DNA of 64,000 nt, taken from the NCBI GenBank assembly GCA_032718475.1, contig JAUCBJ010007594.1:1-64000 (forward strand). The letters are read 5' to 3'. The position numbers and the translations under genes were made by a program. This document shows, piece by piece, positions 47,201 to 59,277 of the stretch. The first letter of the stretch is position 1. Every line of letters starts with the position of its first letter. This DNA comes from Nemertoderma westbladi. Its lineage: Eukaryota; Animalia; Xenacoelomorpha. Under the pieces are notes generated by a model that made no database searches, was not told where the DNA came from, and was given only the letters and a program-made list of their open reading frames with translations.

Positions 47201-49655
47201 CCATCCATCTTACTCATCGCTGTCGCTATCAAGTATTATTAGTTGCATGGCCAATGGAATTTGGTCCTGGAAATGGCAGAGGTAAAGATAACGTTGATTT
47301 ACCACGTCTGGGTTGATGGTTCTCTTCACACGATAACAGCAAGGGTGGACCAATCAACTGATAGCTCCTGAAATGAGGTCGTCGATTACTCCGGATATCC
47401 TGGGTTTGAATTTCCTTCCCGAGTTGTTTTAATGAATAACCATTAGCTTTCATGTCCCGACATAATAATTTAGTAAGGAAATTTAGTAAGGAAGGTATAG
47501 AAGTTATTTTCAATCATATTATTACTATGTATTATAATTTCAGCTCTATAATATTCACCACCACCATATTTTACTTCATATGTATTAACTTTGCCAATTA
47601 AATCCCGTTGAAAATTCCTAACTTCTCTCTCTAAGTCAACCGCCCATGCCATATTGCTTTGTCATGCCGACAATATACAATTGCGTGTGTAATATCCATA
47701 TCAATTGTTTAGAACATTTAGAACATCTATTTGAGATATTGCTGTTTTAATCCGTGAATAATAATCGGGTATAATAATAATCGCATAATAATGCAGTGAT
47801 AATACAGAAATACAGTAATAATAAAGAATAGGGCCTAGTCTACATCAGATGTTATGATATAGGATGCCTTGGGCTGAATTTTGAATAATAGAGAAACTAT
47901 TGAACCCCTAACCCTACAGTACCTGTAGGTATATTAAACAGCCTCTGCCTTTAAACATCCTCTGCCTATTGCTATAATAATAGGCTGATAATAGACCCCT
48001 AACAGCCTAAGGCAGGTATAGCGTATAGATAGGCAGCGTCACTGAAAGTACAATTTATAGAATTTAAATTTCCCTCTACTACCAGAGAACTCAATATTCT
48101 CACTGGATTTTACACTTACCTTAGCAGCTCCCTACCACGCACCTTAACAAGCTACCACCGACCTTAGCACGCTACCACCGACCTTAGCTTTTACCACGCA
48201 CCTTAGGCATTCCTACTCATGACAGCATGAGCCTGGCTTGGGGTGAAATAGACTGCTGGGAGGGGGGAAAAAAAATAAGAAAACCAGCAGGAAAACAAGG
48301 AAAAACAGAAAGGGGAAAAGAGGGAAAAGGGAAGAAAAAAAGAAAAAAATGTGAAAACATTAGACATATTGCTGAAATGATTCTTTTTATAAGTAGATAA
48401 AAAAAAGTATGGTTTTCATTTTTAAATAGGACATTATTTTAACTACTTCCATTGAAACCCCAGTCAAAAATGTTCATGCGTATCGCATGTGGGTCACGCA
48501 TCTAATTCGCATGCGAATCGTATGGGAAAGTGTCGGGACCTTTAGAAGCGATACGCATGCGGATATCATGCGAAGTACCCATGCGTATCGCACGTGTTTA
48601 GCATGCGATTCTCTTCAGTGTAGATAATGGCCATATATGACCAAATAAATTAACCCTATCTGGTCCGGTCTATTTTTCTACTCAATTGGCCCAGGGGGGG
48701 AGGGGCAGAGGGGGGTCATTTTAGACATTTGTTTATGTTTTGGCTCAAAAATTATAATTTCAATGGTTTAAAGGCTTTTGAGGTCGCTGTTTACGATAAA
48801 ACTTGTTAAAAAAATATTCCGGCAATGCAACCATCATTAGTGCCATCTGGTGCTCCAGAATGAAAAGTACAAAGTAGCAAAAATTTCAAACTGTTAAATT
48901 TTGCCTTTGGTTTGATAAGTCTAAAGCTATACTGGTTTTCAAGGTCGCTGATCATGATACAACTCGTTATAATCATTCGTGGGAATATGAATGCAACTAT
49001 GATCGTCGGTGCTTGTCTGCTCTGGGACGAAAAATACAAGTAGCATAAAATTTCAAACGACAAAAATCGAATTTGTTCGGATAATATGATATTGAGTGGC
49101 ATATATGTGATCTACAGTAGCATCCTAAAAAACACCTTATGTCATAAAATCAGGTTGATATTTGGTAATGATTTTGGAATATCAAATTTGTGCTACTTGT
49201 ATTTTTCGTGCTGCACATTGACACATATCCAAAAATGCCATAATTAACAAGGTACGATATTTTTCAGTGTCATATTCGTGATCATGGATCAGCATCCCGA
49301 AAAACTCAAGGTGAAAATCAATTTGATTTCGTGGTGATATTTAATTATCATATTTCATTATCATAATTAAAAGACATTGTCAGACAATGTCAGAGAAAGT
49401 GAGTGGCAAACACTGTCGGACAATATAACACAGGTGGTTCGAGTAAATTACGGCGAATAAAGATACAAAAAAAACAAAGAAAGAAAAGATACAAGAAACG
49501 TTAAAGATATGTGGCTGGTTGCGAGAAAAGGGACCTGGGGACCACATGGTCGAATTTGCGTTTTTAGGCCTATTAGATGCAGAATTTTGTGGGCTTTCCG
49601 AATATCGAACTAGTTTTTTCATATCGCTTTTCGTTAAAAAGTTATGAGTGTTTAA

Positions 49656-52402
49656 CCTTCATACGTACCTTATTCTAATTTGTATTGGTGTCCCTTGGGG
49701 TCGTTTGCGACCCCAGTATATTTTACTATTAAAATAGGTACAAGTTCCATAATATTTGTAAATATTAGAATACTCCTACATTAATTGACATTTTTAAAAC
49801 ATATCAACACTCTTGGAAACTTCGCGCAGCACGTGAAGTATATTTTGTACTACATAAATAAAAGCATTTTATAGTTTATTAAAATTCTTCAAGTAATTGG
49901 TGGATCACCCAAAAGGATATTTTAATGATGATAGTGTAATTTAAATATTATTTGCCTACAAACAAACTGGATACCCTGTTATTTTGTCTCAATCTGGCAT
50001 GTAAATATGACAAACCCTACCAACCCACCCACCCACCCCATTGCCCAATTTACCCATTGTTCAAGTAAGCATTTAAATTTGGCTACTATTGAAACATAAT
50101 ATTCAATATTATTCAATATAATTCGTAGTGTGCTGAATATTACAGCAGAGATCCTATGCAGTTCGTACATATAGCAACTGCGTGGGCTTGACAGGCAAAG
50201 TTCTTACATTTCGTGCATACTAGTACAGTTTTTACATCACTGGCTCGGTCATGTAATGAGCAACGACCCCGCTTGTGGTCGTGGTTGTATTCAGAAATGG
50301 AAGAGTATGACTTTGAGTTTCCGGAAGATCTCTCATCTTCTTGGGCATGGGCGACGTTAATGATATCAATAGCGGCTTGTGACCGTGGCATAGTGGATCT
50401 GGCCATCATAAATGGCCCAATAAATTCGCGGCCAAGGCGTTCTAGAAATAATCGTCGTCGGTAGAGCTTTCCTTTCTTCCAATCAGGGAATAGCTCAACC
50501 CATATAATGTAAGCATTATAGGCTGCAATATCTACCATGTTGCTGAATACAGCCACTGGCCATCGGCGTGTCTTCCTCTTTACAGTATAAGTAGACAAAC
50601 ACTTGTCAGCCGAATCTACACCACCTTTATATTTATTGTAGTGTTTTTTTATATTTATTGTAGTGTTTTTTTCGACAATATGATAGAATGGTTGTATCAT
50701 CTCTATGTCCAAATATTGAGCTGTACAGAACTCGGTTCTTGGGATCAACAAACTCCTTCGGTAATTCGGGCTAATTCTTTCTGACTGTGCCAACTAATGT
50801 TTGATTGCGTTTCTTTAGTAACTGTCCCAAATTATACGATGTATAGAAATTATCAGTAGTAATATTTCTCCCAGACAAACCTTCAGTTAGCTGCAAAACA
50901 ACCCTCTGGCCCTGGTTCACTTCACGTTTATCCTGCCGTCCTATATAAGGTTGTAAATTCCATATATAACTCAGCATGCCTGTGACAACAACCCAAAACT
51001 TGATGCCATATTTAGCTGGTTTATTAGGCATGTATTGTCTGAAAGAACACCTTCCTCTAAATTTCAGTAACTGTTCATCAACACACAGATTTTCATTGGG
51101 AACGTAAGCTAATGACAGTTGTTTTACAAATTTCTCCCATATGGTTCTAATACCAGCAAACTTATCTAAGTCTCGGCGACGCCCTTTCTTATCATCAAAT
51201 CTCAAAAATCTACATATTTCTCTAAAACGTTTTATTGGCATGGTCGCTGGAAATATTGCCCTACCCGACTCCGCTGACCACAATTGGTCAACAGCTTCTC
51301 CAGCTGAACGGAAAACTCCAGCTAAAATAAGTAACCCCAAGTATGCATTAAACTCATCATAGGTTAGCAGTTTCCAGTTATGCATTAAACTCATCATAGG
51401 TTAGCAGTTTCCAGTTATCCCCCAACTTACTTGTAGCCTCCTTATTAGTCATCTCAATAACTATACTTGTAATGCTCAAAGTTATAAAGATAACAAATGT
51501 GTTCAAAATATCAGTACAATGGGTAATGGCATATCTGGTTGGACCGGGTTTATTCCGAATAATATTTCTTTGCTGAGACTTGTTATTATAAATCGTTTTT
51601 TTGCTCCATATGATACGTTTATCTATATTCTTTTTCGAGTGACGAGAATAATAAAATTCCTCTGAATCATCGCTAGATCGAGTAGATCTTGGAGAACTGG
51701 AAGAATCGCTATCCTCATCCTCGCTATCCCTTCCAGAATCGTCGCTGCCACCTGCCTCATCGATAGGGATTTCTCCATCCGATTCTTCAGCACTGGAATT
51801 GCTGTTATCATGATCGTCCTCATCTCCTGAAGTTTCTGCTCCATCTACAAGAATACAGGAAGAGTCCTCTTCCGAAACCAGTTGGCGTGTAACCGCGGAA
51901 ATTCCAACGAAATCCACACGTGCAGTTCTTATTCGTTTAGGGTATTGCTTACTCATAGCTGATTACTACAATTGAGGATAATAATTATATTGATAATAGG
52001 ATATAAATATTTTAATATGATTGTTTTTGGCCTACTTTATGTTGTGATACTGTGATAGCTATGCTGGCAATTCAGCTCTCGTCTGCTTGTAAAACAGTAA
52101 CAGTACAACTACTGCACTGAAATAGAAAACTGGTTTCAAATTTCCCTCGTTTTTAAAGGAAATTATATAGTATTTCAATAAGACTTTCATTGGGGTCGAA
52201 AATGACCCCAAGGACAATTAACGTAATTTATCGATTTACTCCACTACATGTTTTTCTATGGAAATGAAATTTTAATCGCAATGAAGTAGTTGTGTGGGTA
52301 TGGCATTCCTGAAATTTTAGCCTAGTAGCACAAACCAATCTTGAGATATAGCAAATACAATACTGCTTTGGGGTCGTTTTCGACCCCAGGGACGTATGAA
52401 GG
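49656..52402 (-). mobile_element. piggyBac transposon nested in the Sola-like element
   Basis: TTAA|CCTTCATACGTACC ... GGGACGTATGAAGG|TTAA, with subterminal GGGGTC..GACCCC palindromes and a transposase inside. Confidence 0.95.
50140..51956 (-). pseudogene. Inactivated piggyBac transposase
   Basis: Catalytic motifs VDEQL, TTDNFYTS and GGVDSAD, plus YMPNKPAKYGIK and a Cys/His tail. Lesions are a 37-bp duplication (51342/51379), a TAG at 50773-50771, and a deletion with a short duplication near 50630-50675. Confidence 0.95.
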
Positions 52403-55400
52403 TTAAACAAAAAATTAAAAACGCAGGTCCCTTTTCTCGCAACCAATGTTAATTTTTTGATGTGGTCCATTTCTGGCATCCATCTCAGGTATTTTTCGTG
52501 CTAAAATTTTCAAATGTTTTTATAATTCACTAAGATTAATATATTTGCGCTATATATAGCGGTTTTTTTTGACAATGGTCACAAATATTGAACTCAAATA
52601 TAACATTCTAGAAAATTTTTTGGTAATTTTAATGCGGTCCATGGGGCACGAAAAAAATCGTAGTGCAAATATGATAATGAAAAATCACCACAAAATTTAA
52701 TTGATTTTATGAACATATGGTTTTTTTGGAATACTGATCACGAATTAAAACAATTTTTTCGATATGTGTCAATGTGCGGCACGAAAAATACAAGTAGCAA
52801 AAGTTTGATAACCAAAAATCATTACCAAATCAACCTGAATTTTAGACATTATGGGTTTTCTGGGACACTGATCACGAATATGACACTAAAAAATATCGTA
52901 TTATCGAACGAAATTCGCTTTTTGTAATTTGAAATGTTTGCTACTTGTAATTTTCGTCCCACCAGACAAGCACCAAAATTGACAGTAGCGTTACCATGAA
53001 TGATTTGTAACGTGTTTTATCGTGATCAGCGACCTGAAAACCCTATTATTTAATAGGTTCAGCCACTCTGCTTCAGTTTCCATATTAAATTCTAAATTAT
53101 TAGTGTATTAACTTGTTTGTACAATTACTAACCGAATAGGCTACAGATATTCTACGATAACCTAAAAAAACAAGTGTATACAGTACTTAAGTACTATTAT
53201 TAAAATAATTCAGTTTGAATTTCGCTCTAATAAAACCCAATAACGACCAATAAACCAATGCAAACACCCCAATAACGACCAATAAACCAATGAAAACAGT
53301 CGATTTTAAGAGCCAAACTTTAAACGCGTTTTTCTCAGAATGAAAATTTTTTCCCCAGGTCCCTTTTCTCGCAACCAGCCACATATATTCTTTGATGTAA
53401 TAACTTCAACGATAAACTATTACTATACATAATGTAATTTTTCTAGAATAAAAAAAACATTTCCAGTAAACAGAAAACATTGCCGATAAAGTTTTTACAT
53501 TTATCAAAAATTCAATTTCATAGATAAAAATAATGAATCTATAAACAATGCAGGAGTGGGAAATAATCTGCGCTATAATAACTTTTAAGAAACGAGAATA
53601 AAGACACAGATATAAAAAAGAACAATAATACCTCGTAATGGACATTGTAAGAACGTAGGCCATATTTTTTATAATTTATTTACTCCAACATTAATAAGCG
53701 CCAAATTTATAACATGGAAACGTAGACATAATCGCCTCAACCATTAAGCAATGGAATGTCAGTGATTTAGAATCCCTTCCCTCGGTGCCAGCGCCCCCAC
53801 ATAGCGCCGCCAACCCATTCATCCATTGGTTGAGATCGGTATCGTCCTTAGCAACGAACAACCACTCGGGCCGCCTTTTTAACATTTAAAATGTATTTAA
53901 CATATTAACAATCTTAATGATATTATTTCATACAATAAGCAGGACAAAATAATCTCCACTCCAGTTAAAGTTTAACGGTATATACTATATATCCATCCAT
54001 CTTACTCATCGCTGTCGCTATCAAGTATTATTAGTTGCATGGCCAATGGAATTTGGTCCTGGAAATGGCAGAGGTAAAGATAACGTTGATTTACCACGTC
54101 TGGGTTGATGGTTCTCTTCACACGATAACAGCAAGGGTGGACCAATCAACTGATAGCTCCTGAAATGAGGTCGTCGATTACTCCGGATATCCTGGGTTTG
54201 AATTTCCTTCCCGAGTTGTTTTAATGAATAACCATTAGCTTTCATGTCCCGACATAATAATTTAGTAAGGAAATTTAGTAAGGAAGGTATAGAAGTTATT
54301 TTCAATCATATTATTACTATGTATTATAATTTCAGCTCTATAATATTCACCACCACCATATTTTACTTCATATGTATTAACTTTGCCAATTAAATCCCGT
54401 TGAAAATTCCTAACTTCTCTCTCTAAGTCAACCGCCCATGCCATATTGCTTTGTCATGCCGACAATATACAATTGCGTGTGTAATATCCATATCAATTGT
54501 TTAGAACATTTAGAACATCTATTTGAGATATTGCTGTTTTAATCCGTGAATAATAATCGGGTATAATAATAATCGCATAATAATGCAGGGATAATACAGA
54601 AATACAGTAATAATAAAGAATAGGGCCTAGTCTACATCAGATGTTATGATATAGGATGCCTTGGGCTGAATTTTGAATAATAGAGAAACTATTGAACCCC
54701 TAACCCTACAGTACCTGTAGGTATATTAAACAGCCTCTGCCTTTAAACATCCTCTGCCTATTGCTATAATAATAGGCTGATAATAGACCCCTAACAGCCT
54801 AAGGCAGGTATAGCGTATAGATAGGCAGCGTCACTGAAAGTACAATTTATAGAATTTAAATTTCCCTCTACTACCAGAGAACTCAATATTCTCACTGGAT
54901 TTTACACTTACCTTAGCAGCTCCCTACCACGCACCTTAACAAGCTACCACCGACCTTAGCACGCTACCACCGACCTTAGCTTTTACCACGCACCTTAGGC
55001 ATTCCTACTCATGACAGCATGAGCCTGAACCATCTGAACAATGTTGTACAAATAGCTATAGTAAATGCAAATGAGGACTTAATGTAATCTTTATAACAAT
55101 AATGCAAGTTAATTCCAACAAAATAAAAATTTTGAAATTCACGGCTTTTGTGAGGATATAATTCTATATGGGGTGACCCATATTTTTGAAATCAGTTTGA
55201 TAACAGAGTGTTAACAATGAAAAGAACTAGATCAGTTCTCGTTCTTTTTTCGTTTCAACCTACATTATCCATTTTTCACAGCCGACAGCCAGTACAGGTG
55301 ACTGACTAATATCTTGAGATCGCAAACCCTGTTGAACTTACATCAGCATCAGTTACGGTGATTGAGAATTGATGGCAACAAAGTAGATGATTGAAAACAA

Positions 55401-55664
55401 TAATTAATTACAATTGCACAGAATAAAACAGTTGCGTTTATCCTGTTATGTATATGAGTACACATCCTCATAAGTTTTACAGACTTCATAACATCTTTAT
55501 TTAATAATATTATACTTTTCCACAATTGATAATTTAGCTTACAGTATAGCAGTATTATAAAGGTGGTTATATATAGATTTACTGCACATTCTATTTATAA
55601 TACTTGATAGGATAAATTACCATTTCATTACTATTTAAAATTAATAATATTCTTTATCCTTTAG

Positions 55665-55787
55665 ATATAAATGAATGTTCAACTGATGCTCATAATTGCC
55701 ATACTAAGGCAAGCTGCAAAAATACTATTGGTGGATTCATGTGTGAATGTAAATCTGGCTATTCTGGCGATGGTATAGAATGTGCCG
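55665..55787 (+). CDS. Host gene exon: second calcium-binding EGF-like domain (missed by the ORF track)
   Basis: tttag|...|gtaata, 123 nt, phase 1-1. Encodes DINECSTDAHNCHTKASCKNTIGGFMCECKSGYSGDGIECA, paralogous to the 17597 exon. Confidence 0.93.
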
Positions 55788-58700
55788 GTAATATATGCTT
55801 GTATATAATTTAAATCCATAAAACATTACAACAAATATTACAATTTAAATTTATTATTCTTAGTTTTTAATTATTGTGTTATGATATTCTAATACATTAC
55901 CAACAAGAGGGATAGTATTGGTACATTATTTATATTATATATATATATAACTCCAACTGGTGGTCATAGGGTCACTCCTTAATAATTAAGATATAAACAA
56001 GATATAAACATTAACTATCAAATAATAATAGAACAAGAGAAGCATGTTAATAATAATATCTATTAATTGTTAGAAAAATCCGATACAAAAAATTTCAAGG
56101 CTCCAATATAATGACCATTATAAATATCTTGTTGGATATTCGTTTGCAATACATTTCTATAGGAAAAGTACATAACACAAAACGACCACAGGGCCACCTA
56201 ATTTTTCTGGTAATTATTGTGTAATTTACACTCCAAAAACACGGTCTAGAACTCAGATCTTTTCCGAAAATGCTTTGTTAGACTTTTCTACACCGTTTTT
56301 ATTCATTTGAAAACTTAGGTATATTTTAATATATAATTTTATATATCTTTGATTCCATGACTATCTTGTAGTTATTTGAACCAAGATGGTGGCTTATCTG
56401 AGACAAAGTTGAAAAATTAGTAAGTGTTGTGTCCTCTACTGTAGGGACTACCCTACGGCCTACAAATCTACTAATACGAAGCTATAGAATATCTCTAACC
56501 GTAAAGTCCAGTAGTATACCGCTTACCAGATCCTAGTAACGATGTATCTTACTGTAAGACTCTAGTAATGAAACGGGCTCGTACAGTATCGGACAACAAA
56601 TCCCAGTCCAGGATATCTAAACAAACAGATACAATAAACAAACTACTACTGGCGAGGAGCAGAGCCTGGTGTCTATTCTATGTACGTGAGCGGGTCTAAT
56701 GCCTATGAACTAGACAAAAGGAAACCTGTCCTCTAACCGGTATGGCAGATGTACAGTTACAGTAACAGACCAAACTCATGGGAAAACAATCCCTGCGCAG
56801 CGAATCCTAACTATCGCTGACAGTCCTAAAATACCGTAACTTGCCGCGGTGTGATTTATATGGTTTATATACGAGCTAGGTGGGTTACAGCCCCAGCGTA
56901 ACAATACTGATCTCCCTGTCTGAATCAGTCTAAAAGAGGTCGTGCCTAATGTAACAATACCGCCGCTTGAGGCAAACAACGGTTTAAATAACGAAATAAT
57001 GAAATACTCCCTTGCCGTAACTAAATATTTGATCCTAATTTTACAAATACGAATAGTAAATTACAGATAAATTCTGCCTAAAAGTAATCTAAAGTGCGCT
57101 ATAACTGGTAGAACTCTAAGGGTAAATATGTTTTAGGGCGTGTGTGTGTGGGTGTGTTACAATAAAACAATTTTGGTGTATATCATTTTACTAGGTTTTA
57201 GTAATTCTCTGACCGAAACAATACCGTGCGCTAGCTACTAAAATAAGCTAGTCGCGTTTTGTAGAACTTTATACTCACAAATGACGTCAAAGCTTCTCTC
57301 CTTCCTATCCACAACTCAACTAGGCAACCACGGTGTTAGTAACTACACCCGTGATCGGCACAAATACCAGATTCTGGTTGTAAGATAAGAAATAGGGGTT
57401 AATTGCTACCGTACGTTAGCTGATCTGGTATAAAAATTTGATTCTGATTACTTTGGTGCTGCGGTGGTTAGCAGCAAATACCTATCAGCACGTGGCAAGG
57501 CGCGGTAGGATATTAATAAAACCTCCTTAGGCCAAGCGGTGTGCCGGTAGCAGAAATACTCCTTGCCTGATCAAATAACTAACTTCAGGCGGGGGGGGGG
57601 GGGGGGGGGGTGTACTAATGTACAGTTCTACAAAGCGAACCGGTACCAAACAGTCACTACTAACAAATCACTAAATTATGGAACGTATGCTGTCCGCACC
57701 TAATATGTACTTGCGCACTGAAGAACGACAATAGCTCGCACCTGTGAGGTATACAGGTAACCCAGAGATTTGCAGGACTGACAAAGGGGGTTTCTGCCTC
57801 GAATATAGTTATTTGATCCTAAATTTTGCGGCGTCCCAATACGGCGTCACGCTTACCCTGATCTATAGGTCTTACGTCGGGCAAGGGCGTCGAACAAAGT
57901 CTTACCTTCCTCATAAAGCGGGCGCTGCATGGCAAGTTGGAGTATTTCGTAGGGCGAAGGGGGTGCGCGGTCTAACCTAATGTGGGAGCTAGCGTGTTGT
58001 GGACATCCTTTCCCTGCGTTGCTGACGGCCTAACGGTCTAGGCGGCCATCTTCCCGATGTTTGGCTGTCCCAAAGTTGGACCAAAGAAAAACATGTTCAG
58101 AAGTTGACAGTGTATTTACAGTTTAGCAAAGGATTTATCAAACAGATTTACAAATAGTTTCAACAAGAAACTAATAACGAAAGACTGACAAAGCAAGAGT
58201 ACATTGTGATAACCGAAGGCAAACCAGCCTTTATATACTAAATCTGGGACATAGAATCTACTAGAACCTTCCAGAGTATTCCATGGCCTCACATTGGAGC
58301 AATAAGATGTTCTATGCCCTATGATTGGCCCAGCTCAACGTTCGATACGTTGTATGCACCTCATTGGTCCACCAATCTGCACCAAATGAAAATAAATTGC
58401 CCCAAAATACAAATTTCCCGACCGGGATTCGAACTTGTAACCTATCTGTAATGTAACCAACGCCTTAACCATCTGACCACTACGCCACGAGAGTAACTAG
58501 GGGTTTTATGTGTACAAATATGAATAGGCATATTACATTACTGTAACTTACTCAAAATGCGTCGGATTTTCGTAAGTTTTTATGTTAAAGTTAAACTATA
58601 AATGCTATCTTATAGTGAAATAATTCATTACCGCTCCATGAAAACAGTAAGTAAGACTGTTTTCACCAATCGAAATACGAACTATTTACAAATATTTCTA

Positions 58701-59277
58701 AATCTACTGGTAGGGCCTAAAATATAAAATAATCACTATCTAATTATTGCATACTTAATATTGCAGGTACGGTGTAAATACAATCCATCGTACATACAAA
58801 TATAAATTTACCAATTAACTTTAGTGCCTAAAATACACAAGGGCTTTCGGTTATCAAGGTAAGCAAATTAAACTAATTAGATCAAAACAAATTAGAACAA
58901 ATCAAACAAATAATTTCAATCTCTTTCGATAAATCTTTATATATTGTAAATATACATAATAAACTTCCACCAAATTAAATCAGTGCTAATAACTTTCAAA
59001 TGAGTTTTAAAGTGTCCTCCTGATGAGCTGAAAAGTTCGTCCTGCTGGTCTGGATATCTTCTCCTGAGCGCTAATCGCTAACGGTAGGCTCGCAAGCCTT
59101 CCTTCTCTATCTCGCTCCTCCAAAACCAACATTCATACATAATGTCCAATATTAATACCCAAATATAATATCCAAATAAAATATCCAATATAAATATCCA
59201 ATATAACATCCAAATAAAATATCCGAATATAAATATCCAAATCGGTAGGCTCGCAAGCCTTCCTTCTTGTCGCTTTC

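Larger units (their letters stand above)
49511..53382. mobile_element. Non-autonomous TIR transposon, Sola-like, in array unit 4
   Basis: Perfect 30-bp TIR GTGGCTGGTTGCGAGAAAAGGGACCTGGGG. The empty site in unit 2 (AAGATATATTC) implies an ATAT TSD, or a TA TSD with TG..CA ends. An extra partial TIR lies at ~52424-52446. Confidence 0.8.
38295..55026. repeat. Tandem array of a ~2.92-2.98-kb unit: four full copies and one partial
   Basis: Identical ORFs at 38402, 41378, 44314, 47229 and 54021. Length differences come from a 20-bp minisatellite (5, 3, 2, 2, 2 copies) and a 3876-bp insertion in unit 4. Confidence 0.97.
29679..55168 (-). mobile_element. BEL/Pao retrotransposon A, rearranged and carrying ~18 kb of nested DNA
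   Basis: 5-bp TSD TGGGG at 29674-29678 and 55169-55173. 55024-55168 matches 31433-31575 (LTR start). A pol tail lies at 36733-36169. Confidence 0.8.

Noticed and set aside
59020-59050. CTGATGA resembling a hammerhead core
   Set aside because: There is no GAAA after a closable stem II, and no stem III or stem I partner.
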